Shown one piece after another: positions 51,189 to 59,846 of a stretch of DNA of 64,000 nt; the stretch's first letter is position 1, and each line of letters begins with the position of its first letter. The notes under the pieces were generated by a model, which saw only the letters and a program-made list of their open reading frames with translations, searched no databases and was not told the origin of the DNA. The stretch comes from Candidatus Kaiserbacteria bacterium (GTDB lineage Bacteria; Patescibacteriota; Minisyncoccia; Phycocordibacterales; UBA918), in assembly GCA_031430855.1 (NCBI GenBank), contig JANPCG010000013.1, positions 26,347-90,346 of the forward strand, written 5' to 3'. The position numbers were made by a program, and so were the translations under genes.

Positions 51189-51524
51189 ATGATATTTACG
51201 ACCGCCTACGCTGCGAGCCCTGGAGCCGCCGAAACTGCCGAATTTGTTTTTCAGTTTAATGAAATTATTCTTTTCCCGGTAATTGTTTTGCTTACAACGA
51301 TTGCTCTTCTCGTCTTCCTTTATGGCTGTTTTATTTTTGTCGTCAATGCTGATAATCCATCTGGTCGAGAAGACGGAAGGCGGCATATCCTCTACGGTAT
51401 TATTGGTATGCTCGTGATGCTTATGGCGTACACGATCCTAACAGTAGCTGCCAACACTTTTGGACTAGATCGTGAATTAAATTGCGCTGATGATCCGACA
51501 TTAAGTGGCTGTTTTACCCCATAG
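51189..51524 (+). CDS. Pilin-like two-TM protein
   Basis: ILFPVIVLL..IALLVFLYG...V.NADN..GREDGRRHILYGIIG. Confidence 0.65.
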   Translation: MIFTTAYAASPGAAETAEFVFQFNEIILFPVIVLLTTIALLVFLYGCFIFVVNADNPSGREDGRRHILYGIIGMLVMLMAYTILTVAANTFGLDRELNCADDPTLSGCFTP

Positions 51525-51601
51525 TGTAAAAAAGAAACCCCCCGCTGGCCAAGATGGCACGTGCGGGGGGGGTTGAAGGTCCTTCGATTCGTCTGAAGAA
51601 C

Positions 51602-52564
51602 TTAAAGACAGCTGTTGCTACCAATCCGCCGTTCGGGGCTGATTACGACAACAGCTTCGCTGTCGTTGCGAAACCGGATCTGGTGTTGTTCTGGTTTCCA
51701 TCCCACCATCCACACGTTGTTCTTGTCTGCTGACAAGAGAGTAGGGTAGGGTCCACCAGTTACGTCCCAGTAGATGCAGCTGCCAATGAAATCGGTAATT
51801 GCAAGCGATTCTTGCCCCGGCTCGAGAGTAATCGGGGCGATGTATCCGTAAACCTTGCGGTCGACGGGTACATAGTTGGTTGTGGCTGAAGCGGGAGCAG
51901 AAACAGAGTCCCCGTCTTCTTTTCCTTCGAGCGTCTGGACGACCGATTCGGTCGCCCCGTCGATGACGGTGCCGACCCGAACGAGGGTGGGCGACGTGCT
52001 CGCGAGTGCCAAGAAGGCAACCCCGGCACAGTAGATCAGGACGCCACCAACGAGCCACTTGCCCGTGGTGATCCGGTAGAACTGCAGCAGTACCATCGCG
52101 GTGAGCGACGCTGCTGCTACATTGAAGAATGCACCAGGGCTGTTCGAGAAGGACCAGGTTGCGAGAAATCCCGCAATGATGAACCACCCGAGCAGCAATC
52201 CCCAGATGACCCGGCCAAGCATGGAAATGCCGCCAGCCATACCTTGCGAGATGTCGCGATCGTTGAGGAAGGCAGCAACACCACCAAGGGTGGTCGCGGC
52301 AGTAACGGCCCCAAGTGAGGTCGACACGGCCACGATTCCGATGGCGCCGAGGAAGAAGGGAATCAGGTTGATTCCCATCAAGCCGAAGACGTTCAGAATC
52401 CACATCACCAAGGTCACGATGACCAGGGCGATAAGGATGAAAGTGGTGAAGGCCATTCCCATGATGTTGGCGTGACCGATGGATTTCCTGATGTTTTGTC
52501 CAACTCCCGGACGGGGGTTGGACGCTACAACAAGTGCGGTGCCGGTACGAGGAGGAGTAGTCAT
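51602..52564 (-). CDS. Hypothetical multi-TM protein with soluble C-terminal domain
   Basis: Long GC-rich ORF, several hydrophobic helices; operonic with the upstream ORF. Confidence 0.65.
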   Translation of the reverse strand: MTTPPRTGTALVVASNPRPGVGQNIRKSIGHANIMGMAFTTFILIALVIVTLVMWILNVFGLMGINLIPFFLGAIGIVAVSTSLGAVTAATTLGGVAAFLNDRDISQGMAGGISMLGRVIWGLLLGWFIIAGFLATWSFSNSPGAFFNVAAASLTAMVLLQFYRITTGKWLVGGVLIYCAGVAFLALASTSPTLVRVGTVIDGATESVVQTLEGKEDGDSVSAPASATTNYVPVDRKVYGYIAPITLEPGQESLAITDFIGSCIYWDVTGGPYPTLLSADKNNVWMVGWKPEQHQIRFRNDSEAVVVISPERRIGSNSCL

Positions 52565-52576
52565 TGGTGTTTCCTT

Positions 52577-53287
52577 TCAGAATGGATTGAAACGCGACAT
52601 GATGCGATAGAGGAACCCTTTGGGCTTCTCCTCGATCTTCTGTGCGTAATTGTTGATGTGTTGTTTGATACCTTCAGTCGGGTTGGCGCCGAGAATCCTC
52701 TTCTGCCAGTCCTCGATGGTGTCGATGTAGTCTTTTTCGCCCGGAGCGGGCATGCGTGGCAGTTGCGTCAAGTCGAAGTAGCTGAGCACCTTAAGGTAGC
52801 CCTCTTCTTCGTTTGGTGCGGTTTCAATCATCTCCACCACACTGATTATCCAATCCTTGGCGTGGTTTGTTTTGACCGAGAAAATCTGTTTGACCTCCTC
52901 GATCTTTTTCTGTTCGGCGTCTTTGGCGCCTGAAGTGACAGTTGTCTTCTTTTCACCAATCGAGACCTTTTGGTCCCAGCTGGTGATAAAGAGTCGCAGC
53001 TCTTTCAGTTTGCGCTCAGCTTTGATGGCACGCAGGCCAGTGTGCCCCTTATAGTTCTTGTTTATGAACCATCCCCAGCGAGCCAACACTTTTGGCTTGA
53101 GTTCAGAATGCAGCGTTTCAAGCTGGTGTTCGTCACCGTACCCTTTGCCAAAACCGCCAACGGCAGTTTCAGCTGCGCCAGCAGCCTTTTTGCCGAATAA
53201 TCCGGTTACCATGTCCCAGATGGAGTTTCCATGGGAGAGGGCAAGCATGCCTTCGGTCAGAAAGCCCTTAAACCGTTCGTTTGCCAT
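52577..53287 (-). CDS. Hypothetical protein
   Basis: AAGGAG SD, TTGACT..TATTAT promoter upstream. Confidence 0.65.
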   Translation of the reverse strand: MANERFKGFLTEGMLALSHGNSIWDMVTGLFGKKAAGAAETAVGGFGKGYGDEHQLETLHSELKPKVLARWGWFINKNYKGHTGLRAIKAERKLKELRLFITSWDQKVSIGEKKTTVTSGAKDAEQKKIEEVKQIFSVKTNHAKDWIISVVEMIETAPNEEEGYLKVLSYFDLTQLPRMPAPGEKDYIDTIEDWQKRILGANPTEGIKQHINNYAQKIEEKPKGFLYRIMSRFNPF

Positions 53288-53595
53288 GATATGGCTCCTT
53301 TGTGTTTATGTTGTCAACGAGCGAGACTCGTCGGTATGGTTGGGGTTTTCTGCAGTGGTACTTGTCCAGGCAGTAGTCGCCCCTTCTGCTACTATAATAG
53401 CATAAATAACTCTAAAAGTCAAGTTATGGGTAGCTAAACGAGCTATAAATAGCAACGTTAATTTGATGTTGTACATAACGTGAGCGACATGAGTACCGGC
53501 AAGACCTGTATAGAAGGCGAGGTTCTGCGTTAGTGATGAATATTGGAGTTGCGGTGCTGGTTACTGCGCGGTATCATTCCGGCACAATAGTTTAT

Positions 53596-54642
53596 ATGAA
53601 TCTCGAAACCCCAAGACAATTTCGTGATGCACGACCGCGCGATGAAAAGCGGGCTGCCATCTTGGCTGATGTGCGCACGCGTACGACGTTGTCGTTTTAC
53701 CGTTACGTAAAAATTACTGATCCGGTAGCGTTCCGCCTGCGACTGCTTAATGCGCTTGCCCAGTTTGAATGTCTGGGTCGTGTCTACGTCGCTCACGAGG
53801 GGATTAATGCTCAGATGAATGTGGTGAGCGAAAATTTTACTGCGCTTGATGCCTGGGTTCAGTCTCAGCCAGAATTGTCAGGGATATTGTATAAAATTGC
53901 CGTTGCAGAAAAGGATTTCTCTTCGTTCTATAAACTAACTATTAAAGTAAAGGAAAAGATTGTGGCTGATGGCCTTAATGATGCCAGTTTTGATGTCACG
54001 AACACTGGTGAGTACCTCACTGCCGCTGAGATGAATGAGTATATTGATGATCCAGATGCAATTGTCGTTGATATGCGGAATGCGTATGAGAGTGAAATTG
54101 GTCATTTTGTTGGTGCGGTTAAACCGGATGTTGATACCTTCCGCGAAGAATTAGCAATCGCGCCGTCTCTGTTGCGGGTCCATCAGAACAAAAAAATTGC
54201 CCTTTACTGTACCGGTGGAATACGATGCGAGAAGGCGAGTGCGTGGCTCAAGCATAATGGGTTTGAAAACGTGCGTCACCTCAAGGGTGGGATTATAGAC
54301 TATGCGCATCAAGTGAAAGAACAGGGGCTCGAGAATAAGTTCCTCGGTTCTAACTTTGTCTTTGATGAACGATTAGGAGAACGGGTAGGCGATGAAGTTA
54401 TTTCACACTGCCATTTGTGTAGCAAACAAAAAACGGATACCCACTATCACTGCAAAAATCAAATCTGCCACGTTTTGTTTCTTGGCTGTGATGATTGTGT
54501 AGCAAAGCGGCATGGCTATTGTTCTGGTCGGTGTGAAATGTCTGATAAATTACCGGTTAGTGTGAAAAAAGTATTTGCCCGATATTACAACCAGTATTTC
54601 CGCCGGCCGCAGTTCAAGAAAGCTCGATTTCGTGCCTTATAG
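53596..54642 (+). CDS. trhO: Rhodanese-domain tRNA uridine(34) hydroxylase TrhO (YceA/UPF0176)
   Basis: GRVYVAHEGINAQ, DMRNAYESEIGHF, YCTGGIRCEKAS, LKGGI, NFVFDER. Confidence 0.9.
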   Translation: MNLETPRQFRDARPRDEKRAAILADVRTRTTLSFYRYVKITDPVAFRLRLLNALAQFECLGRVYVAHEGINAQMNVVSENFTALDAWVQSQPELSGILYKIAVAEKDFSSFYKLTIKVKEKIVADGLNDASFDVTNTGEYLTAAEMNEYIDDPDAIVVDMRNAYESEIGHFVGAVKPDVDTFREELAIAPSLLRVHQNKKIALYCTGGIRCEKASAWLKHNGFENVRHLKGGIIDYAHQVKEQGLENKFLGSNFVFDERLGERVGDEVISHCHLCSKQKTDTHYHCKNQICHVLFLGCDDCVAKRHGYCSGRCEMSDKLPVSVKKVFARYYNQYFRRPQFKKARFRAL

Positions 54643-54676
54643 TCCTCAGGCTTGGTTGTGTTAGAGTAGAGATATT

Positions 54677-56191
54677 ATGGATACGAAAGGGTCTAATCCG
54701 AAGCGAATTACCTCTGTGTACTATGATGGGAGCTGTCCAATGTGTACGGCGTTTGTGGGAGCTACCGCGGCCAAAGACGAGACCTTATTTGCACTCCATG
54801 ATGTCATCATTGATTCACTGCCTGCAGACTTCACCAGAGAAGCGGTCCTGAAGGAAATGCATGTCGTTGGTGCCGATGGGACAGTATATACCAACGCCGA
54901 GGCGATACTGCAGATATTAGATACGGTGCAGTATTGGCGACGAATCACCTGGATTGGACGACTGCCGGTGGTGCGGAATGTATTGCCGGTGGGGTACGGT
55001 ATTGTGGCGCGTAACCGACACTTTATTTTCGGACCCGCGAGCCGGTTGTTTTGGGTGAAGAATGTCGCTTTGCTGGGGCTACTCTCCAGTATGGCGCTGT
55101 CGTTTCCTTTGTGGGTGCAAACGGATAGTATTGCAGCGGTACCTGTCTTTGGTCGACTTCCAATTCTCTCACCGTTAATTGAATGGGGAATGTATATAGG
55201 GGTGTTTTGTTTAGCCTTGGTTAGTTTGATTTCGCCTAGGCCACAGCGTTACTTGTGTGGACTATTGGGTATTGTGGCGGTATTTGTACTGTTTGATCAA
55301 TTGCGTCTTCAGCCATGGCTCTATCAGTATTGGTTTATGCTACTGCCACTTGCTGTGTATTCGTGGCAGTGGCGAGATAGGGTATCGACGAATGCGGTTC
55401 TCAATACCCTCCGGATTTTAATTGCGGGGATATATTTTTATAGTGGGCTACAGAAAATTAACCCAATGTTTTTCCAAGAGGTGTTTCCCTGGATGGTAGA
55501 ACCAATTGCCGCGTTTCTCCCGACCTCTCTTAATTTAATACCAGCGAGTTTTGGATTATTTGTCCCGTTTATTGAAATAGGGATTGGTATAGGATTGCTT
55601 ACAAAACGATTTAGGTTTGCTGCTTTGGTTGGAGTTATTTGCATGATGGTATTCGTTCTCATCACACTTGGACCTCTTGGTTATGGTTGGAATAGTGTCG
55701 TCTGGCCATGGAATTTAGCTATAGCGGCGTCAGCGTGGCTGTTGTATTACAAGACCGCTAATGTTTCTTTTAAAAACGTATTTAGAGTAAGGCACTTTCT
55801 GCCTCATAAAGTAATCATTTTACTTTTTCTTGTAATGCCTGCCTTCAGCTTTTTTGGGTATTGGGATTCGTACCCATCCTATTCGTTGTATTCGGGGAAC
55901 ATAACTGACGCCCAAGTATTCGTATCATCTAAATTGGTAAGTCCAGCTTTAGAAAATGCAGCGTTTTTAGCTTATGGTGGTATGGTCTGGATAGACCTCC
56001 AGACACTTTCGTTTAATGAACGTAATGTGCCGATGTATCCTGAGACAAGAATCTACACGAAAGTATTTGCTCAGCTATGTGAGACTGAGTTGCCAGTCAC
56101 GGCTGAACTCGTCGTGACGACCAAAACCACGTTGCTGCAACCCCAGAGAGAATTACGGTATAAGTGTGAAAATATGTTGAGTAGTGATTGA
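54677..56191 (+). CDS. DCC1-like (DUF393) thiol-disulfide domain fused to a multi-TM domain
   Basis: YYDGSCPMC and Y..VARNRH DCC motifs; membrane part with DQLRLQPW.YQY, Y.YSGLQK, WN.VVWPWN, WDSYPSYSLYSGN. Confidence 0.75.
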   Translation: MDTKGSNPKRITSVYYDGSCPMCTAFVGATAAKDETLFALHDVIIDSLPADFTREAVLKEMHVVGADGTVYTNAEAILQILDTVQYWRRITWIGRLPVVRNVLPVGYGIVARNRHFIFGPASRLFWVKNVALLGLLSSMALSFPLWVQTDSIAAVPVFGRLPILSPLIEWGMYIGVFCLALVSLISPRPQRYLCGLLGIVAVFVLFDQLRLQPWLYQYWFMLLPLAVYSWQWRDRVSTNAVLNTLRILIAGIYFYSGLQKINPMFFQEVFPWMVEPIAAFLPTSLNLIPASFGLFVPFIEIGIGIGLLTKRFRFAALVGVICMMVFVLITLGPLGYGWNSVVWPWNLAIAASAWLLYYKTANVSFKNVFRVRHFLPHKVIILLFLVMPAFSFFGYWDSYPSYSLYSGNITDAQVFVSSKLVSPALENAAFLAYGGMVWIDLQTLSFNERNVPMYPETRIYTKVFAQLCETELPVTAELVVTTKTTLLQPQRELRYKCENMLSSD

Positions 56192-56255
56192 GATAAATAT
56201 AAATAAATCCCTCATAAGAACGAGGGATTTATTTTTATGAGAGTAACACGAAGAG

Positions 56256-56485
56256 AGTGCGCGCGTGCGAGGTGACGGGGGCACCGCGCAAGACCATTTG
56301 AGCTTATTTTGACCGAAGGGAGTAAATGAGCCAAATGGTATACAGCTTCGGTACGAAGAGGACTTGAATCTTACAGATTCTGTACACCTTTTGGATATAT
56401 TCTCCCGCCGGTCGAATCTATCGCAAAAGGTTTTGAAACAGTTTCCCAAACTGTTTCAACCTCCACGGATTGCTCCATTAGTTCC
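56256..56485 (-). pseudogene. Fragmented duplicate of the tRNA-Leu(TAG) 3' half interrupted by two type B elements
   Basis: Pieces at 56256-56265, 56357-56368 and 56458-56485 match the tRNA in order. Confidence 0.65.
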
Positions 56486-56509
56486 ATTTTGTTTGTAAAC
56501 CTTTCAAAG

Positions 56510-56591
56510 TGCGCGCGAGAGGACTTGAACCTCCACGGATTGCTCCATTAGTTCCTAAGACTAACGCGGCTACCAATTACGCCACACGCGC
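56510..56591 (-). tRNA. tRNA-Leu(TAG)
   Basis: GCGCGTGTGGCGTAATTGGTAGCCGCG...CT-TAG-GA, variable arm, GGTTCAAGTCC. Confidence 0.93.
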
Positions 56592-56653
56592 ACTTTGAAA
56601 ACTTTACTGTGTCGACGAGTATAGCATGAAAATAGGGGTTTGCCAGGGTTGGT

Positions 56654-56848
56654 GGTCGCACCAAGATTCTGTGGTCACAGATAATTTCTTTCATAAATTT
56701 CCGCGACCCGAGAAACAGTGTTTAGACACTGTTTCTCCCACTGTCGCAGGGCGACATGTCTCCGTCTCGCACCAGAGCACGTATCTGCCGCAGGGCAGAT
56801 ACCAAACAATAAATACCATTCATTTGAATGGTATTTTATTGTTTGCTC
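56654..56848 (-). repeat. Type A composite element after tRNA-Lys
   Basis: Degenerate GGTCGC..GCGACC hairpin, linker shared with 34290-34321 and 57159-57186, 25-nt insert 56779-56803. Confidence 0.75.
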
Positions 56849-56924
56849 TGGTGCGCCCTCAAGGATTCGAACCTTGGACCGTCTCCTTAAGAGGGAGCTA
56901 CTCTACCAACTGAGTTAAGGGCGC
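56849..56924 (-). tRNA. tRNA-Lys(CTT), CCA encoded
   Basis: GCGCCCTTAACTCAGTTGGTAGAGT...CT-CTT-AA...GGTTCGAATCC...ACCA. Confidence 0.93.
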
Positions 56925-57089
56925 ATTGCTATGTATTAGTACATACGACCCGGCGTTCTTAATGAGGGCAAAGTGCATGGGATGCAGTTTGCGCGACACT
57001 ACTGAGTTAAGGGTGCAATGTATTAAGTTGTGGGCCAAAGTGTACAAGATTATGACCAAATTAACAAGGTATTAGTAGGGGCGTGACTT

Positions 57090-57429
57090 GGTCGCAAATC
57101 ACTAAGTATATTTGTTCACTTCGTTCCAAATTTACTAAGTGTTTGCGACCCCGACTCAACTGTCGCAGAGCGACATGTTTCCGTCTTTCAAGTCCCGCAC
57201 GCAAGCAAAGCAGTTTGCTTGCTCCCCGGCACAAAATACAACTACCGCAAGCTATTGCTTGCGGTAGTTGTATTTTGTGCCGGGGAGCGGGACTTGAACA
57301 TTACATGTTCGGTACAGGTTGTCGCCACTTTACTTCGCTTCCAGCTCATAAAGTTGCAGGCAACCTTTTCAAGTCCCTGGGGCAAATGCAAAAACTCCCC
57401 AGATAAAAATCTGAAGAGTTTTTACATTG
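57090..57429 (-). repeat. Stacked type A and type B elements after tRNA-Leu(TAA)
   Basis: 61-nt hairpin 57090-57150, 25-nt insert 57199-57223, tRNA 3' duplicate 57277-57299, type B 57300-57365. Confidence 0.8.
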
Positions 57430-57513
57430 TGCCGGGAGCGGGACTTGAACCCGCACGGGCTTGCGCCCACAAAATTTTAAGTCTTGCGTGGCTACCGATT
57501 ACACCATCCCGGC
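57430..57513 (-). tRNA. tRNA-Leu(TAA)
   Basis: GCCGGGATGGTGTAATCGGTAGCCACG...CT-TAA-AA, variable arm, GGTTCAAGTCC. Confidence 0.93.
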
Positions 57514-57538
57514 ACTGACTTTTTTATGGAATCTTCCG

Positions 57539-57663
57539 TTACACGGACCGTATCCGTTGTCGCTATATTATTTCACTTCGTTCATAATCTAGCAGCCAAC
57601 AGCTTCGATTCCCTTGTCATATCTAAAACAAAACATAAAGAAATATGTTTTGTTTTAGATATG
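57539..57663 (-). repeat. Degenerate type B element after tRNA-Cys
   Basis: ttaca..gta..gttgtcgc...gcagccaac aligns with 57301-57364; inverted T-arm copy ttcgattccc at 57604-57613; long palindrome. Confidence 0.65.
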
Positions 57664-57735
57664 AGACCGGGACGGGAATCGAACCCGTGCATCGAGGTTT
57701 TGCAAACCACTGCGTTACCGCTTCGCCACCCGGTC
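57664..57735 (-). tRNA. tRNA-Cys(GCA)
   Basis: GACCGGGTGGCGAAGCGGTAACGC...TT-GCA-AA...GGTTCGATTCC, U73. Confidence 0.93.
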
Positions 57736-57821
57736 TTATTTGGATGTGATCTACTGTAGCATTTTTGTCTGAGTTAGACAAAACAAACCTGGGTGCGTCA
57801 TATCGCACCCAGGTTTGTTTA

Positions 57822-58229
57822 TTATTCAGCTGTAGGCTTCTCGCGGCCGGCGTCAAGGAGGCCTTCAATCACTTCTTCGGTTGATTTATCATGGTCAATT
57901 TCGCGCGCGATTTCATCAATGTGTTGGCGGTGCTTTTCTCCGTAATCATAGGCAAATTCGAGGTGGGGAATAATTTTGAGGTTACTTTTCTTTTTTACAA
58001 AACCACGCATCTCGCCGGCTGAACGCTTGAGGAATACTAAGGCATCTGATTCACGACCATCAGGGATGGTAGTGACGTACACGGTAACACGCCGATAGTC
58101 AGGGGAAACCGTTACGTGCGTCACGGTAATCATGGGATTCGTGTTCGCTTCTTGTTGAATGAATTTCGCTACAATCTCTTTAATGAGTGAAGCGGCACGG
58201 TCGTGACGATCGAAGGCAGGAGTGTTCAT
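57822..58229 (-). CDS. rbfA: Ribosome-binding factor A
   Basis: ITVTHV.VSPD.R...VYV, LKIIPHLEF.YD; follows infB. Confidence 0.92.
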   Translation of the reverse strand: MNTPAFDRHDRAASLIKEIVAKFIQQEANTNPMITVTHVTVSPDYRRVTVYVTTIPDGRESDALVFLKRSAGEMRGFVKKKSNLKIIPHLEFAYDYGEKHRQHIDEIAREIDHDKSTEEVIEGLLDAGREKPTAE

Positions 58230-58235
58230 AAGAGA

Positions 58236-59735
58236 TTACGTTATCACAATTTCAAAGCCTTCGATAAGATCGCCGGGGGCGATTTCGGTTTTAGAATCAA
58301 CCTGCATACCAAATTCGCTCTCAGATACCTGCTTCACATCTGATTTTTGTTGCTGTAGGTTTTTAATCACTCCTCGCCCAACTTCAATATCACGGCGGGT
58401 GATGAGAACGCTCTGACCTAATTTCATAATGCCGTCCTCGACCCGAGCTCCTAGTACGTGTGTATATTTTTGGGTACTGAAATGTTTGATAACCTTCGCG
58501 TGACCAGTGACGACGCGCTCTTCCATCTTTGGGGTACGGTTTTTAAGTGCCGTATTAAGCCAATCGGACAATTCATAAATAATCGAAAAGGTGTCAATTT
58601 CTACTCCCTGACGTTCTGCGAGGTCTACTGCCGCTCGGTCGACAGTAACATTAAAGCCAACGATAATAGCGTCTTTTGTTGCGCTCACATTGCGGACGTC
58701 ACTTTCTGAAATTGAACCAACTCCAGTATCAATCACTCGGACAGAAATGCGATCTGATTCGAAGTTACCGAGTTCGTAGAGAATGGCATCAATCGTGCCG
58801 AGCATATCAGCTTTAATCAAGATTGGAATGGTTGGGAGATTGGTTTTTTTGTGGGTCACAATTGGAGCTGCATCAGTTCCGGAAATTGCCGATTCGGCTT
58901 CTTTTTTAGAGTCCACTGTGTAGAACGTGCTGCCGGCTTTTGGAATGCTATTAAAACCAACAATCCCAACCGGAGTAGAGAGCCCGGCCTCTTTGAGACT
59001 TTTTCCATTACTGTCTTCCATGATACGTACGGGAGCAAAGCTGTGTCCCGAAACCACAAACTGTCCTGCCTTGAGGGTACCGTTCGTGACAATAAGAGTA
59101 GCGGTATTGCCGCGTTTTGGATCAAGATTTCCGTCGATGATGGTTCCAGTGGCCGCTGCGTTTAGGTCTCCGGTGAGTTCTCCCAAGTCTGCAGCTAAAA
59201 TAATCAAATCGAGTAAATCACTTACACCGGCACCGGTTTTAGCTGAAATTGCTGCCCAGGGAATATCCCCCCCCATCCCTTCGATGTAAATTTCATTTTC
59301 AATGAGACTCGCTTGAGTCCGAGGAATGTCGGCTCCTGGTTTATCCATTTTGTTAATGGCAACAATCATCGGAATACCAGCGGCTTTAATGGATTCAAGC
59401 GCCTCAAGTGTCTGTGGCTTAACTCCGTCTTCAGCGGAAACGACTAATATGGCAATATCAGCCACGTCAGCGCCTCGGAGACGCATTTTTTGGAACGCAG
59501 CATGACCGGGAGTATCGAGAAATGTGATGCTTTCAGTAGCTCCGTCTTTAGTAGTATGAGGAACCACGTAGGCTGAGAGGTGTTGGGTGATGCCGCCGGC
59601 TTCACCATCTACCACATTACTCTTTCGGATATAGTCCAAAAGGGTTGATTTTCCGTGGTCAATATGACCCATAACCACCACAATAGGTGGCCGTTTGGTG
59701 ATTGCGGGTGCTGCAGTTTTTGTTTTTTTCGCCAT
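58236..59735 (-). CDS. infB: Translation initiation factor IF-2 (short, no long N-terminal domain)
   Basis: [40 protein letters not shown]. Confidence 0.97.
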   Translation of the reverse strand: MAKKTKTAAPAITKRPPIVVVMGHIDHGKSTLLDYIRKSNVVDGEAGGITQHLSAYVVPHTTKDGATESITFLDTPGHAAFQKMRLRGADVADIAILVVSAEDGVKPQTLEALESIKAAGIPMIVAINKMDKPGADIPRTQASLIENEIYIEGMGGDIPWAAISAKTGAGVSDLLDLIILAADLGELTGDLNAAATGTIIDGNLDPKRGNTATLIVTNGTLKAGQFVVSGHSFAPVRIMEDSNGKSLKEAGLSTPVGIVGFNSIPKAGSTFYTVDSKKEAESAISGTDAAPIVTHKKTNLPTIPILIKADMLGTIDAILYELGNFESDRISVRVIDTGVGSISESDVRNVSATKDAIIVGFNVTVDRAAVDLAERQGVEIDTFSIIYELSDWLNTALKNRTPKMEERVVTGHAKVIKHFSTQKYTHVLGARVEDGIMKLGQSVLITRRDIEVGRGVIKNLQQQKSDVKQVSESEFGMQVDSKTEIAPGDLIEGFEIVIT

Positions 59736-59846
59736 AGTAATTATTCGTTTCGTTAATTATTGTGCCCGGTCAGGGGAGACTGCTAAATAAGTACGGGGAG
59801 TATAGCAGATATTTACATATTTTTCACCTCGTGTCATGATTTCCGG

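Noticed and set aside
56153-57868. Short ORFs across the tRNA cluster
   Set aside because: They overlap tRNA genes and repeat modules, with no recognisable domains.
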